DNA of 63,752 nucleotides, counting the filler, from Asterionella formosa (taxonomy: Eukaryota): NCBI GenBank assembly GCA_002256025.1. It is 18 parts of 18 records of this genome, joined end to end, with 100 filler letters (N's around TTAATTAATTAA, not from the genome) between each part and the next. Parts side by side here need not be neighbours in the genome. Positions count along the whole stretch, not along the records: positions 1 to 1,890 come from NKIB01000924.1; positions 1,991 to 31,991 come from NKIB01000926.1; 16 more parts are not named here. One strand, written 5' to 3'. Both the position numbers and the translations under genes were made by a program. This document shows, one piece after another, positions 1-10,452 of the stretch. The first letter of the stretch is position 1. Each line of letters begins with the position of its first letter. The notes beneath the pieces were generated by a model that was not told the origin of the DNA, did not search any database, and was given only the letters and a program-made list of their open reading frames with translations.

Positions 1-380
1 CCTGGTACCTGGTACCATGTTACCTACAAAGTACCGATAGTTCGCTCAGCACCAGGTGATGGTGGTGTTGATGTATCCATCCTTCTCCTGCTATAATCAT
101 GGTTTAAATATAAGAGAACTCCTGCCTGCGACGCGGTGTTGATGGAGGCTATGATATACCGTACATGGGTCCACTTGGAATGCAGAATTGGTGTGGAATT
201 ACTACCGTACTCGATCGCGAGTACAGTAATCATAGAGGTACGTTCGCTCGACCCGAACGAACATCCTCACGCAACTGAATTGCGAATCCTAGCGTCAATG
301 ATAGCATTCTCGTACGACCACTTGGTGTCCCCAACACGAATCTGTCGCTCCATAAATTTGTAGTCCTACCAGCAAGAACC

Positions 381-1027
381 ATGCGCGTCCTTTCCATCCT
401 TCTCCTTCCACTTGCCGTGGCCTCGTTTTCGTTGGATAGCCGTCGGCAAGCCTTGGCCAAAACTAGCATCGCATTTGTGACGACCGTCGTCGGCCCTAAC
501 GCTGCCAAGGCGTTCAGCCAGCAGCTAGACGATAACATTGTGGAGCCTTCTCAGCAACCTACCAACGGCAAGGTTGATTTGAACGGTGCTTTTATGTGAG
601 TTACGTATCCGCTATCCATTCAAATAGCTAATCATGGTGTCAAAAGTTTAGATATCTGCCATTTCATGCGTTCGTTCGGTCGGTCGTCTCCTGTATCTAA
701 CTTTGTCTTGCTGTTTCTATCCCACAGTGGTGACTATAAGCAGTTTCCTGGTATGTATCCTCATGCTGCGGGAAAGATTGCATCCAATGGTCCTTATAGC
801 TCGGTAAGTTTCAGAATTCATATTTCTCTCTATTCAAAGAGTTCTCACTCTGTTTCGAGGGCTAACCTAACAATTGAAATGAAATCCCACAGACCAAGGA
901 CCTCTACAAAATCCCAGGCATCACTAAGAATGATATTGCAATGTTCAAGAAATACGAAGGACAGTTCACTGTTATTCCTCCCGGACGAATGTTCGGGGAG
1001 CGAATCAATAACCGCGTCTCCACTTAA
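381..1027 (+). CDS. psbU: Photosystem II 12 kDa extrinsic protein PsbU, 3 exons (381-595, 728-803, 893-1027)
   Basis: GT-AG introns 596-727 and 804-892 give KVDLNGAFIGDYKQFPGMYPHAAGKIASNGPYSS-TKDLYKIPG...ERINNRVST*, matching PsbU. N-terminal signal peptide ending VASF, then a transit/lumenal region ending AKA-F. Confidence 0.93.
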
Positions 1028-1240
1028 ATTTCGATATATCACACTGGGGGGACGACAGCAATCAAGATATGTCTGCCCGCGAAACGACTCTCGCGATCAC
1101 CTACCACATAAAAAGCAATTCACACAATCTCGTGGAGACGAAACACAAAATCGGTCCCCTGCATGGAAGCGATCCCCTCTTCAGCAAGACCATAACAAGT
1201 GCGGTAAAATAAAGAACATTTCGCCGATCCATACATTCTT

Positions 1241-1780
1241 TCATGAATCAATTTCTAATATTTTTCGTAGACGCAGTTCAAGTTGCTCGAGTTCAACTTT
1301 GGAGGGGTAGTGAGTTTGTCGGTTTCGGAATTGGCGTCTTACCTCGGCCAAAGCAGCTAGCCTTACTGTTCGTGCACTCCCATGGATAGATATAACCGTA
1401 GCTGCCACGGGTAGGCTCTGCAGCGAGGTGAGAAGGGTAATGGAGGCACGAACTAACTCACAAGCGTGACGAGGGACCTTTATCATTGCCAATCTGTCTT
1501 GTTCATCGTAATGTCGAACTATCACAAGTAAGGGTTAGTACCAATCAAATGATAAAATGTCTGCACCTCAAGATTTCTCGTTCCACCTACCCTGAATATC
1601 TTGCATGATTCCATGAACAGCCACGCCAAATGACGACGAAAAGCTTTCTTTGATGGCACGATAGATGACAACGGAATTCAAATCCAATTCATCTCGTTTT
1701 CTTTTTTTATTCTCTTCCGGGATGACATTAGATTCAAAATCCAAGCGGACGAGGAGCCATCTTATTTTGTGGCGAACCAT
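1241..1780 (-). CDS. POP5: RNase P/MRP subunit, Pop5/Rpp14 family, 2 exons (1780-1591, 1518-1241)
   Basis: N-terminus MVRHKIRWLLV resembles Pop5 MVRxKxRYLL. Intron 1519-1590 has GTAGGT donor and TACTAAC branch point. C-terminal half reads VRASITLLTSL...VISIHGSART. Confidence 0.8.
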
Positions 1781-1890
1781 GTTGAAACGATTGTGCTCTG
1801 TGTTACATGTCTATCTTCACATCATGTGGGTTGACAAGTACAGAGTACTGGTACAAGTCAGTACCGGTAGGGATCAGAAAAAGAAGCATA

Positions 1891-1990
1891 NNNNNNNNNN
1901 NNNNNNNNNNNNNNNNNNNNNNNNNNNNNNNNNNTTAATTAATTAANNNNNNNNNNNNNNNNNNNNNNNNNNNNNNNNNNNNNNNNNNNN
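1891..1990. other. Artificial contig linker (N-run + TTAATTAATTAA + N-run, 100 nt); also at 31992, 33980, 35967, 37954, 39941, 41928, 43914, 45899, 47884, 49869, 51851, 53836, 55821, 57805, 59788, 61771
   Basis: Identical spacer with stop codons in all six frames between unrelated sequences. Confidence 0.98.
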
Positions 1991-2795
1991 TACATGGTCA
2001 TGCTAATTGGTCGCTGGAAATCGGACGCATTTCTAATTTACATCAGTAAGCAAGTGGCGGAATTTACGAAGTCAGTTAGCCAAAAGATGATCACGACAAC
2101 GACATTCTTCCATCCGCCGGCAAATACAATAGCATTCACATCTCGATCGACAATGGCAGGGCGAGACGCGCATGCCACGGCTCATCTAACATAATTCGTC
2201 GTGACTAGAAAGTGGATCAGCAAAAGCGCAACTCGACTGCCGCTGAACCCGGAGATTGGATCCGCATTTTGAACCCGGATTCTGGGAAAGGGACACGTTT
2301 ACTTAGCAACGAATTCAAAAACCATTTATGCTACTTCTACTCAGTATTTCTGGCTCGCTATTCTAGTATTTGATGGGTCGATTTATATATTGCAGCTAAG
2401 TACCCACAAAGTTAGTACTACACAGACTACATATGGAGAAAGACGAAACGGACGAGACGGTAATTGTGTCGAAGTTACTTCGTTGATATTACGGACAAGG
2501 ACGGACGCGATGGAGTTAGTATATCAGGCGAGCACCGGATGATACAAACCACGCGACGCGAATCGAAGGAGTCGAAGCTGAGAATTCAATATAGCGACAA
2601 CGCGACTATTAAGTTCTAGCTTTTAGAGTTGAATCGAACAACCAAGATTCGGCAGCTAAGACAAGGGAAGACAAGAGCAACCACGCGAGGTTAAACAAGT
2701 GAATTAGTGCAAGGGTGAAGCACACAATTCTTTGAATAACGATTCAGAGAAGCAGTCTAAAGCATCGCCAAGCCTTTCGCAATTTATAGTCTAAA
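1991..2795 (+). mobile_element. 3' end of a tyrosine-recombinase (DIRS/Ngaro-like) retroelement: YR C-terminus at 1991-2194 plus non-coding tail
   Basis: VMLIGRWKSDAFLIYI matches the GRWxSxAFxxYI catalytic-Tyr box of YR retroelements. Truncated by the linker; right boundary approximate. Confidence 0.75.
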
Positions 2796-2818
2796 ATCAA
2801 TGATAAGAACGGCCCTAA

Positions 2819-3561
2819 GGGCCGTTCTTATCATTGGATGGGAAAATCAACATCAGCAACACAACGCAACTTGAAAACGCCACTGGTGCAATCGATTGAT
2901 CTAATGGCGTCTACTATAACACAAAGACTAACCTAACACCACTTTTTGCAAGCACTTTTGTCATATAATAGTATTCTTGTAGTCGTATTAGCAGTCATAG
3001 CTTTAGTCGTTGCCGTAACAAATCAATAGTTCTGTTTGCAATCATATAAAATGACGAATGTTCCTCTTCTACATTGTTGATTCGTAATTTCTTATGCAAT
3101 TTTAAAGATATATCTATATTTCCTTTTCTATTGCATCGTTCGTACAATGATATCTTAGACCGCAAAAGCGCAGCGACTCCTTTGCCATTTTGATGGAGAA
3201 ATAGCTGATTATCGACATGGTCAATGTGTTGACGAGTCTCTCAATACCTGGTACCAGGGGCTAGTAGCATGTACCGCACAGGCTCCGTAAGATGACATGA
3301 TATTTGTTTTTTATTCCGGTTGTTATTTTTATTTAAGCTACGCATATGCATATTACTGCTCATATATATCTAGATGCTCGTAGCTGGCCTGTCACCGTTG
3401 ACAATCCTTGTTACTCCATGATACACTGTGATCACAAATTAGTGATACAGTGACACTTTTGGAATGAATGAAATTTAGTTCAAATCGAGTTACCGTTGCT
3501 GATACATTTTCAAAAAAATTCAAATTCCGTGATACACGAAAAAAAATGATAAGAACGGCCC
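2819..3561. mobile_element. Non-autonomous PIF/Harbinger element (MITE), 743 bp
   Basis: Perfect 17-bp TIR GGGCCGTTCTTATCATT...AATGATAAGAACGGCCC with TAA on both sides (2816-2818, 3562-3564); TGATAC subterminal motifs. Confidence 0.88.
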
Positions 3562-4753
3562 TAAGAGTGTTAATTGGGTGTATGATAAAGCATATCAACA
3601 ATCATCCTTACCATTGATATTGTCAGCATCCAATATGAATTCTCTTATTCTTTTACATACATTTTTTTCGAATGAATTCTAAAGATACAAAATATATGGA
3701 TAACATACCCATATTGTGAATATGTCTGGAATAGCATCGTGATGCTGAGTGCGTTGACCTCAGCTAATGAATACGTACAGAGTACCTGGTACCATGTACC
3801 GGTATACAAGGCCTACACAGGGCCATGATACATGCTACCCCTGGTAACTGGTACATGGTACCAGTACCCTCCTACCAGGTACGCACCAGGTACATCAAAA
3901 GTCGACTCAGTCGACTGTGAGTCTTAAGTACGTTGATGACGACCTCAGTTTGACAACACGGTACCAGGCACCTGGTACCTGGTACATGGTACTGGTACCA
4001 AACTCTCAACTCTCCAGGTACCAGGTACAGAAACTATATCTGTTCCACATTTTTCTGTTGTTTACTTCCTGAGGGCGCGAGCCGTAAGAAGTTTCATACT
4101 TTGATTTCTTAACGGCTATTCGGTTTCGGGAATGAATACCGATAGACGAGCGAAGAAGCAAAATTTCCGCGGCTTCCAGGTAGGTGCAAGTATCATGGCT
4201 ACGTGAATGCCAGTAACTGTGGAAGGTCCAGTAAAACACTTTTTTACTCTTGAAAGGATTTAGCTAATTATCTCGATTACCTGGACCTTCCTCTGGTTAG
4301 TAGGAGTATAAAAGAGAGGACACACGACCATTTCATTATCAGCGGTATATCTATTTCATAAATGTGTAACTCGTACTCGGACGACTTATTTATGTGTCTC
4401 ATTGAAATTGAAATTTCCATACTTTTTACTCCATTACGTACCGGTAAATTTAATCATCATTATGTACCGGTCCCGGTAAATCATATCGCTTTACTGCTCC
4501 CGGTATTTGCTTCAAAATTCTGCATGCAATTTCTTCAAATTTGTTTGCTCAGCAGGTGCATGCAATGTTTCAGCAAAGTTCACAGACGAGGGACGACCGA
4601 CAACACGAGATATGCATAGCTGGTATTGGTAGATTAGGAAATAACGAGAACAGCACCAGCCATCATGAATTCCACATAAAATGGCATGGAACTTGATGAA
4701 CTTGATTCGTTACTGGATCAAGGACCATAGCGAGTGCACATTTCCTCACAATC

Positions 4754-5902
4754 ATGGTTATGGGACAAACCAACTCACCCAACCATAGATGGTTGTCTCA
4801 ACATATTGAGCTCATTTACGAAGCCAACATCAAGACACTTCGACTGAGCATTCCGAAATTGGGCTGTGATGCCTTTCGAACCATACTATATTCATTACAA
4901 GAAGAAAATAAACATTTGGAAGAATTGTGGATTGATGGAGACTCAATTGATATTGGCATTGCTGCTGCATTAGTCTCTTTTTTGCGGTTGAACACAAAAC
5001 TCCGAGTTTTGCGATTGAGCAACACCTGCATTACGGGGAATGGGTCCATTGCCATATTTGAAGTGCTGAGAGAGCATCATTCACTTGAAGAGCTTCACTT
5101 GGAAAGCAACGAGATTGGAACCTACGCAATCAAGTCCCTTGCCTCCATGCTGAGATGCAATACGAAGCTTCGCGTTCTTCACATCAAAAACAACCCAGTA
5201 GGATCAGAAGGCGCAATCATGATTGCGGAGGCTATTCGGAGAAACACTCACCTTGAAGAGCTGTGCCTTCAACAAGGAAGTATCGGACCAAGATGTTTAG
5301 ATTCCATTGGAAGAATGTTGCTTCGCAACCGCAGCCTTAAAAACTTGCTTCTTGTGCATACTGAATTGGGTTCTGAGGAGATTGTGGGTATCTGCTCGTA
5401 TGCAGAACACAACACTACCTTACACCGGCTAGTAATAACGGGATGTAATGTCGACAGCAATGCTGCTCATTCAATTTTCTCACTTTTGGCAAAGACAAAG
5501 TCTCTTCGCATGCTGTACTTGTGGGGAGACAACTTGAACGACAGCGATGCTGTTATTATCGCGAAAGGAATCACAAGTAACATGTCCCTGAGGGATGTTC
5601 GCCTCATGATGAACTGTATTAGTGACACTGGCGGTATTGCTTTAGTTGGTGCTCTCAAACAACATTACTTGTTGAGAGATCTCGACTCAATGACAGAGAC
5701 AGGAGGTGAACCAATTGTTGTAGTGCTGAAAGAAAATGTTCAGGTTGACAACTTGGGACTCTTCGGTAGCAAACTAGGAACTGTCAAAGACAATATCACA
5801 CATAACTTGAGACTGAACAAGGCAGGTAGACGATTATGCCAGAATCCAAACATTCTTCTTAACAAAAACCTTGATCTTTTGGTGAAGTTCAACACAACCT
5901 GA
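4754..5902 (+). CDS. RNI-like leucine-rich repeat protein (NLRC3/CARD-LRR-like repeats, no NACHT seen)
   Basis: ~28-aa repeats LxxLxLxxNxIGxxG (NTKLRVLRLSNTCI, SLEELHLESNEIG, NTHLEELCL), ending LRLNKAGRR. Confidence 0.8.
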   Translation: MVMGQTNSPNHRWLSQHIELIYEANIKTLRLSIPKLGCDAFRTILYSLQEENKHLEELWIDGDSIDIGIAAALVSFLRLNTKLRVLRLSNTCITGNGSIAIFEVLREHHSLEELHLESNEIGTYAIKSLASMLRCNTKLRVLHIKNNPVGSEGAIMIAEAIRRNTHLEELCLQQGSIGPRCLDSIGRMLLRNRSLKNLLLVHTELGSEEIVGICSYAEHNTTLHRLVITGCNVDSNAAHSIFSLLAKTKSLRMLYLWGDNLNDSDAVIIAKGITSNMSLRDVRLMMNCISDTGGIALVGALKQHYLLRDLDSMTETGGEPIVVVLKENVQVDNLGLFGSKLGTVKDNITHNLRLNKAGRRLCQNPNILLNKNLDLLVKFNTT

Positions 5903-7136
5903 TTGGGCCCAACACTTAAAAAATCTAAATAATCTTATATGCATATTGAATCACCTAGGATACCAGCTAGTTAGAAGGTTGTTTGCTTCATTTAAGCCCC
6001 TAGTTCGAACTAGCATTTACACACAAATATTGATTCAGAGTAATCATTCTCTCATCACAATTGAAATCACATTCAAAAGTGACATTTAGGATTATAGTGA
6101 TGTCATAAATGATGCTTGTGGTGAATTTATAGGCTTTTTACACAGGTGCAATAAGTGTAAAAGCAGGATTAGATTTAATGCCATTTGTAAGTATTAGACT
6201 ATACGTTGAGCTATATCTTGTGTCTAAAGAGTGGTCTATTCGCACAAACTGGAGCACTGTTATACTCATCAAAATGCGTCTAGAATACAAAATAATACCC
6301 CAGTTGCTCTCTCTTGACCCCTGCGGTTCTTTTTTCCTTTCATTTGCACTACATTTTGTTGTTGCTGAAATCGGACTTGAGGGGTGCTTTTCGCACTTTT
6401 GACCTAAATTAAGGAAAGATCGACGCCCAATCTGCTGAGAACTAACAGTATGACTCTATCCGGTATATGCTCAAGATACATTCTAGAGCTTAAGAAGTAG
6501 AAAATGAAATATTTTTTTAACAAAACTTGGTTTTTATACTGTCAGTGGGTCAATGCAGTTTTTAGCACTGGTTTCTTCATGTTCAGTCTTGGTGTGAACA
6601 AGGCCTACTACCGGTACATGATTGCTAGGGCCAGACGCTTTTTTATGGCTACCGAGATATAATTCATACGTTCACATATGGCTGATCATGTGAGCAGATA
6701 CCGAAATGCGATGTGCACATACAGTATGCATGGATAGCATTTCCATTCCCACACATTGCTTACCCCTACATATGCATTTACATACAGACATCGTTACGGT
6801 ACCAGGTACAAGGTAGGTCACCTGGTACCAGGTACCAGGTACCCTGATACCAGACTAACTGTATTTCATACCGGTACCGGTATTTATACCGGAATTCTTT
6901 TGACGCGTCGCGTCGACAACTGAACTACCTGTACCTTGTACGGTAATACTTTGTACCGTACCGGTATACCTAATTATATGTCGACGACGAGAGGAAAGCA
7001 AATTGAATGTTTTTCCCATTTCCTCCCCCGGCAACGCTGGAATTTTAGCCATTGTTGCTCTCGATGTTGATCCTGCATGCTTGCGAGAGACTTGAACTAT
7101 ACTATACTCAAATAAACGCCTGAAAACTACAAACAA

Positions 7137-8090
7137 ATGAACTCCTTGCTACTGCTTCCGGTACGATTATGGCTTCCAGTTTTCTTTCTTTCCGCATCAT
7201 TTTTCCATGTTCATCCGTTTGCAAATGGCTTTGTTCTTCATCATGGCCATTCGTTTCATCACTCTCTTTACCACCACCAACTCACTGCTACAACGACTAC
7301 TATCAACCACCCTCCCTATATAATCGAACGCCTCTGTGTAACAAACAACAACAAAAAAGTCGTCTTTGATGAGATTGCGAAAATGTGTATTGACGTCTTT
7401 TTCAATGACAATTCCAGTACAGCACCATGGAAAGTAATCCAATTGGCATATTTAAAAGCACTTCAATCGGCTGATCTACAATGTCGTTATGAACGAATGA
7501 ATCATGATGATGATGGTGGTGGTGGTTGTATGATGGTGGCACGCCAAGTCATTTTATCATGTCAACAAGGGCAAGGGCAACGACAACGGAAAACACCATT
7601 GATTTTAGATGTTTCAAATGTATATCCAAAAATAACTACTGACGACAGGGAACAAGATTGGATCCGTGGAGAGATTATAGGATTTTGTGAAGTCATGGAA
7701 CGAGGACGACGACCACCTATTTTGACCAATTTGTCGGTTCGAGCAGATGCAAGAGATTGCAGAATTGGGAGTAAGCTAGTAGAAGCTTGTGAAGATGCTG
7801 TAGTTGTTGACTTTGGTGACAAGGAAATTTTTTTGGAAGTGGAAAGTGACAATGTCAAGGCGTTGCAGTTTTATCATCGGCGAGGATATCAAGTGGTGTT
7901 GGAAGATCCTGCGGCAAGAAGGTTTAATACAAATGGAATATGGCTTACAAAAGAGTCATGTACCAAGATATCCATGAAGAAGGATTTGACAAAAACAATG
8001 ACGAGAAAGGAAGAAGGCAGCAGTACGAAGAACTCCTACTATGACATTCACAAAATGTTGCAGTCATTACGAGTATCCGTCTTTAGTTGA
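7137..8090 (+). CDS. GNAT family N-acetyltransferase, possibly plastid-targeted
   Basis: LTNLSVRADARDCRIGSKLV (motif A) and LEVESDNVKALQFYHRRGY (motif B); hydrophobic N-terminus ending ANG-F. Confidence 0.82.
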   Translation: MNSLLLLPVRLWLPVFFLSASFFHVHPFANGFVLHHGHSFHHSLYHHQLTATTTTINHPPYIIERLCVTNNNKKVVFDEIAKMCIDVFFNDNSSTAPWKVIQLAYLKALQSADLQCRYERMNHDDDGGGGCMMVARQVILSCQQGQGQRQRKTPLILDVSNVYPKITTDDREQDWIRGEIIGFCEVMERGRRPPILTNLSVRADARDCRIGSKLVEACEDAVVVDFGDKEIFLEVESDNVKALQFYHRRGYQVVLEDPAARRFNTNGIWLTKESCTKISMKKDLTKTMTRKEEGSSTKNSYYDIHKMLQSLRVSVFS

Positions 8091-8713
8091 CTGTTGCCAC
8101 TGCTCTAGTAGACTCCTATGGATTTTAATGTACAGTATAGCAAGTTGTAAGCAGAGACTATCGTGTTGTATTTCCTCCTGAACTTTGTGCTTCCACCACT
8201 AATTATATCTCATACACAATGTAGCATCCTTGACTCCAATGTAACAAAAGAACTACGGTAAATGAGCGAAGTCCCTATTATGTAGACTACTTTTTCATAC
8301 CAACAGGTTCATGGTGGTGGGTGTTTTTACTTGGTGATGACAGTCACATCATCCATTCTAAAAATACGAAACACACAATAGCCATAAGATAACTACCGGT
8401 ATGTGCACACGAGAGAATAAATGTAATACCGGTACCAGGTTCCTGGTTTACAGTCCCGGAGTACATCCCGTAATGTGCTGTCTGACGTTGTACGTAGTAT
8501 TTTGGATGTAGTCTAACGATATACCGGTATATTGGTAAGTACCGGTATGACCACCTGTTGGCGGTTGGAGTACCAGGTACCTGTGACGTACAATACAAGC
8601 TACAACCTACCGGTAGCTAGCTCTGCCAGATAATATCTTAAAGCGGAGTGTTTGGTTCCACCCCTTGGTCTGTCGACTATCTTACAGTATTCCTACCACC
8701 TGGGATAGCCACA

Positions 8714-10180
8714 ATGACAACAACAATAACAGCAATATCAAGAACACCAACAGCAAGAAACGTACAAACCAAAGGCTTGTCATCTGCTGCCCTCTGCATT
8801 GAACTTGTTCATCTTGATGTTTCATTTCGACCTGAATTTACTCATCAATGCTTTGATGGTGCCGAATGGATTCGTGGATACCTTCCACATTCGTCAGTAC
8901 TGAATACTGATCCAACAAATGCAACAACACATGCCTCACATGCTCATCATGAATTGGCAACTCATGAATTGCAGATCCAAATCAAACTAGCACCATCTTG
9001 TGAAACATGTAACGTACAATTACTAGAACAGAAAAGAACCAAAATCAACAAACGCAACATTATGAGTACGAGACGAACCAATGACAGCAACAATGACAAC
9101 CAAAACAGCAAGAGAATCAAAGTCACGGCAGCCGCATCCACGGAATACTGCTCGTCATCGTCGTGGACTGATGCTGATGTTTCAAGCGACACGGAGGATT
9201 CCGCCTTTGCTGACTGCGAACAACATGTGAATGACAATGATAGCAGAAATGGACGGATATCAGGAAACACCCAACAACGACGCATGACATTCGAAGATAT
9301 TAAGGAACGGCTTCAACGTGCTCTCCCTCCAATTGTATCTACGGATATTGGCTGCTCCCAATATCATCTAACCAAACCTATTGGTACCATTTTAAAAACA
9401 TGGAAACATGACAATCATAAATTTACCATGACACTTGCGGATGCTGCAGATGCTGCCAGCTATCATGTGTCCGTACAAAATCTTGCACTTTGGTTTATTG
9501 AAACAGCAAGTCCTGTGGACCTTACTTCAGATGAAGGTGGTGGATATTGGAAGGTATTGTATGTATTTGAATCCAGTCAGAATAGTAGTCAAAACCAATC
9601 ATCCTACGCATTGGCAGGATACATGACACTCTTCCATTTTTATGCTCTCTTTAAGAAACCAAAGCCAGGAATAATTGTACGAGTATGTCAAGCCCTTGTT
9701 CTACCATCCTATCAACGAATGGGGTTGGGGAGCACCATGTTGCATGCCATTTATGAATTGGACGAAACTATAGTGGAGCTTACTGTACAAGATCCAGCTC
9801 CAAGTTTTACAGCACTTCGCAATCGAGTAGATTATGAGCGTTCAATCAAGGAAAACTGGTTCGAAACAAACAAGATGACACCACCGACCGAATCACAAGT
9901 GGTACAAATGGCAGCCAAATTTCGGGTCATTCCAAACCAAGTGTACATTGCCTATGAATTGTACCGATACAATCAAACACTATTACAGATGAAGCAGCAA
10001 CCACAAAATGAAACAGATTTGAAAGAATATCGACTCATGGTGAAGAAACGCCTACTTAAGCTACATCAAGAAGATTTAAGTGCATGCCCTACCAAGGAGG
10101 CCAGACAAGCGTTGTTGGGGACTTTCTTTGACGAATTGTTACAATCGTATAAACTCATTTTAAAGGTACCATCGGAATAG
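8714..10180 (+). CDS. HAT1: Histone acetyltransferase type B catalytic subunit
   Basis: FRPEFTHQCF, LWFIETAS, RVCQALVLPSYQRMGLG, ELTVQDPAPSFTALRNRVD. First in-frame ATG at 8714. Confidence 0.88.
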   Translation: MTTTITAISRTPTARNVQTKGLSSAALCIELVHLDVSFRPEFTHQCFDGAEWIRGYLPHSSVLNTDPTNATTHASHAHHELATHELQIQIKLAPSCETCNVQLLEQKRTKINKRNIMSTRRTNDSNNDNQNSKRIKVTAAASTEYCSSSSWTDADVSSDTEDSAFADCEQHVNDNDSRNGRISGNTQQRRMTFEDIKERLQRALPPIVSTDIGCSQYHLTKPIGTILKTWKHDNHKFTMTLADAADAASYHVSVQNLALWFIETASPVDLTSDEGGGYWKVLYVFESSQNSSQNQSSYALAGYMTLFHFYALFKKPKPGIIVRVCQALVLPSYQRMGLGSTMLHAIYELDETIVELTVQDPAPSFTALRNRVDYERSIKENWFETNKMTPPTESQVVQMAAKFRVIPNQVYIAYELYRYNQTLLQMKQQPQNETDLKEYRLMVKKRLLKLHQEDLSACPTKEARQALLGTFFDELLQSYKLILKVPSE

Positions 10181-10452
10181 ATAGAAACATTTATTTACAA
10201 AGAAACCGAGAAGAAATAAAAGAAATGTCTGCATGACCATCAGTCACAAACAAAAATGCTTTACATTTTTGGATAGAGCAGTTGCAGAATGTTGCAATAT
10301 TTTCATACGGTTGTTTATCAATCTCCTGTAATTTGATACAATCCAGCCACTCTTTGTGCTACTAACTAAAAACAGTAGATGATATCAGGGCGGGGGTGGG
10401 GATTCCACATTTTCTTGAAAAGTTACCCAAAAGCAACCGGCTTACAGTCCTC

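Noticed and set aside
1..25. CCTGGTA repeats as telomeric sequence
   Set aside because: Units are heterogeneous, flip orientation and are dispersed internally.
666..1310. 214-aa ORF
   Set aside because: Read-through of psbU introns/exons and 3' region; explained by the spliced psbU model.
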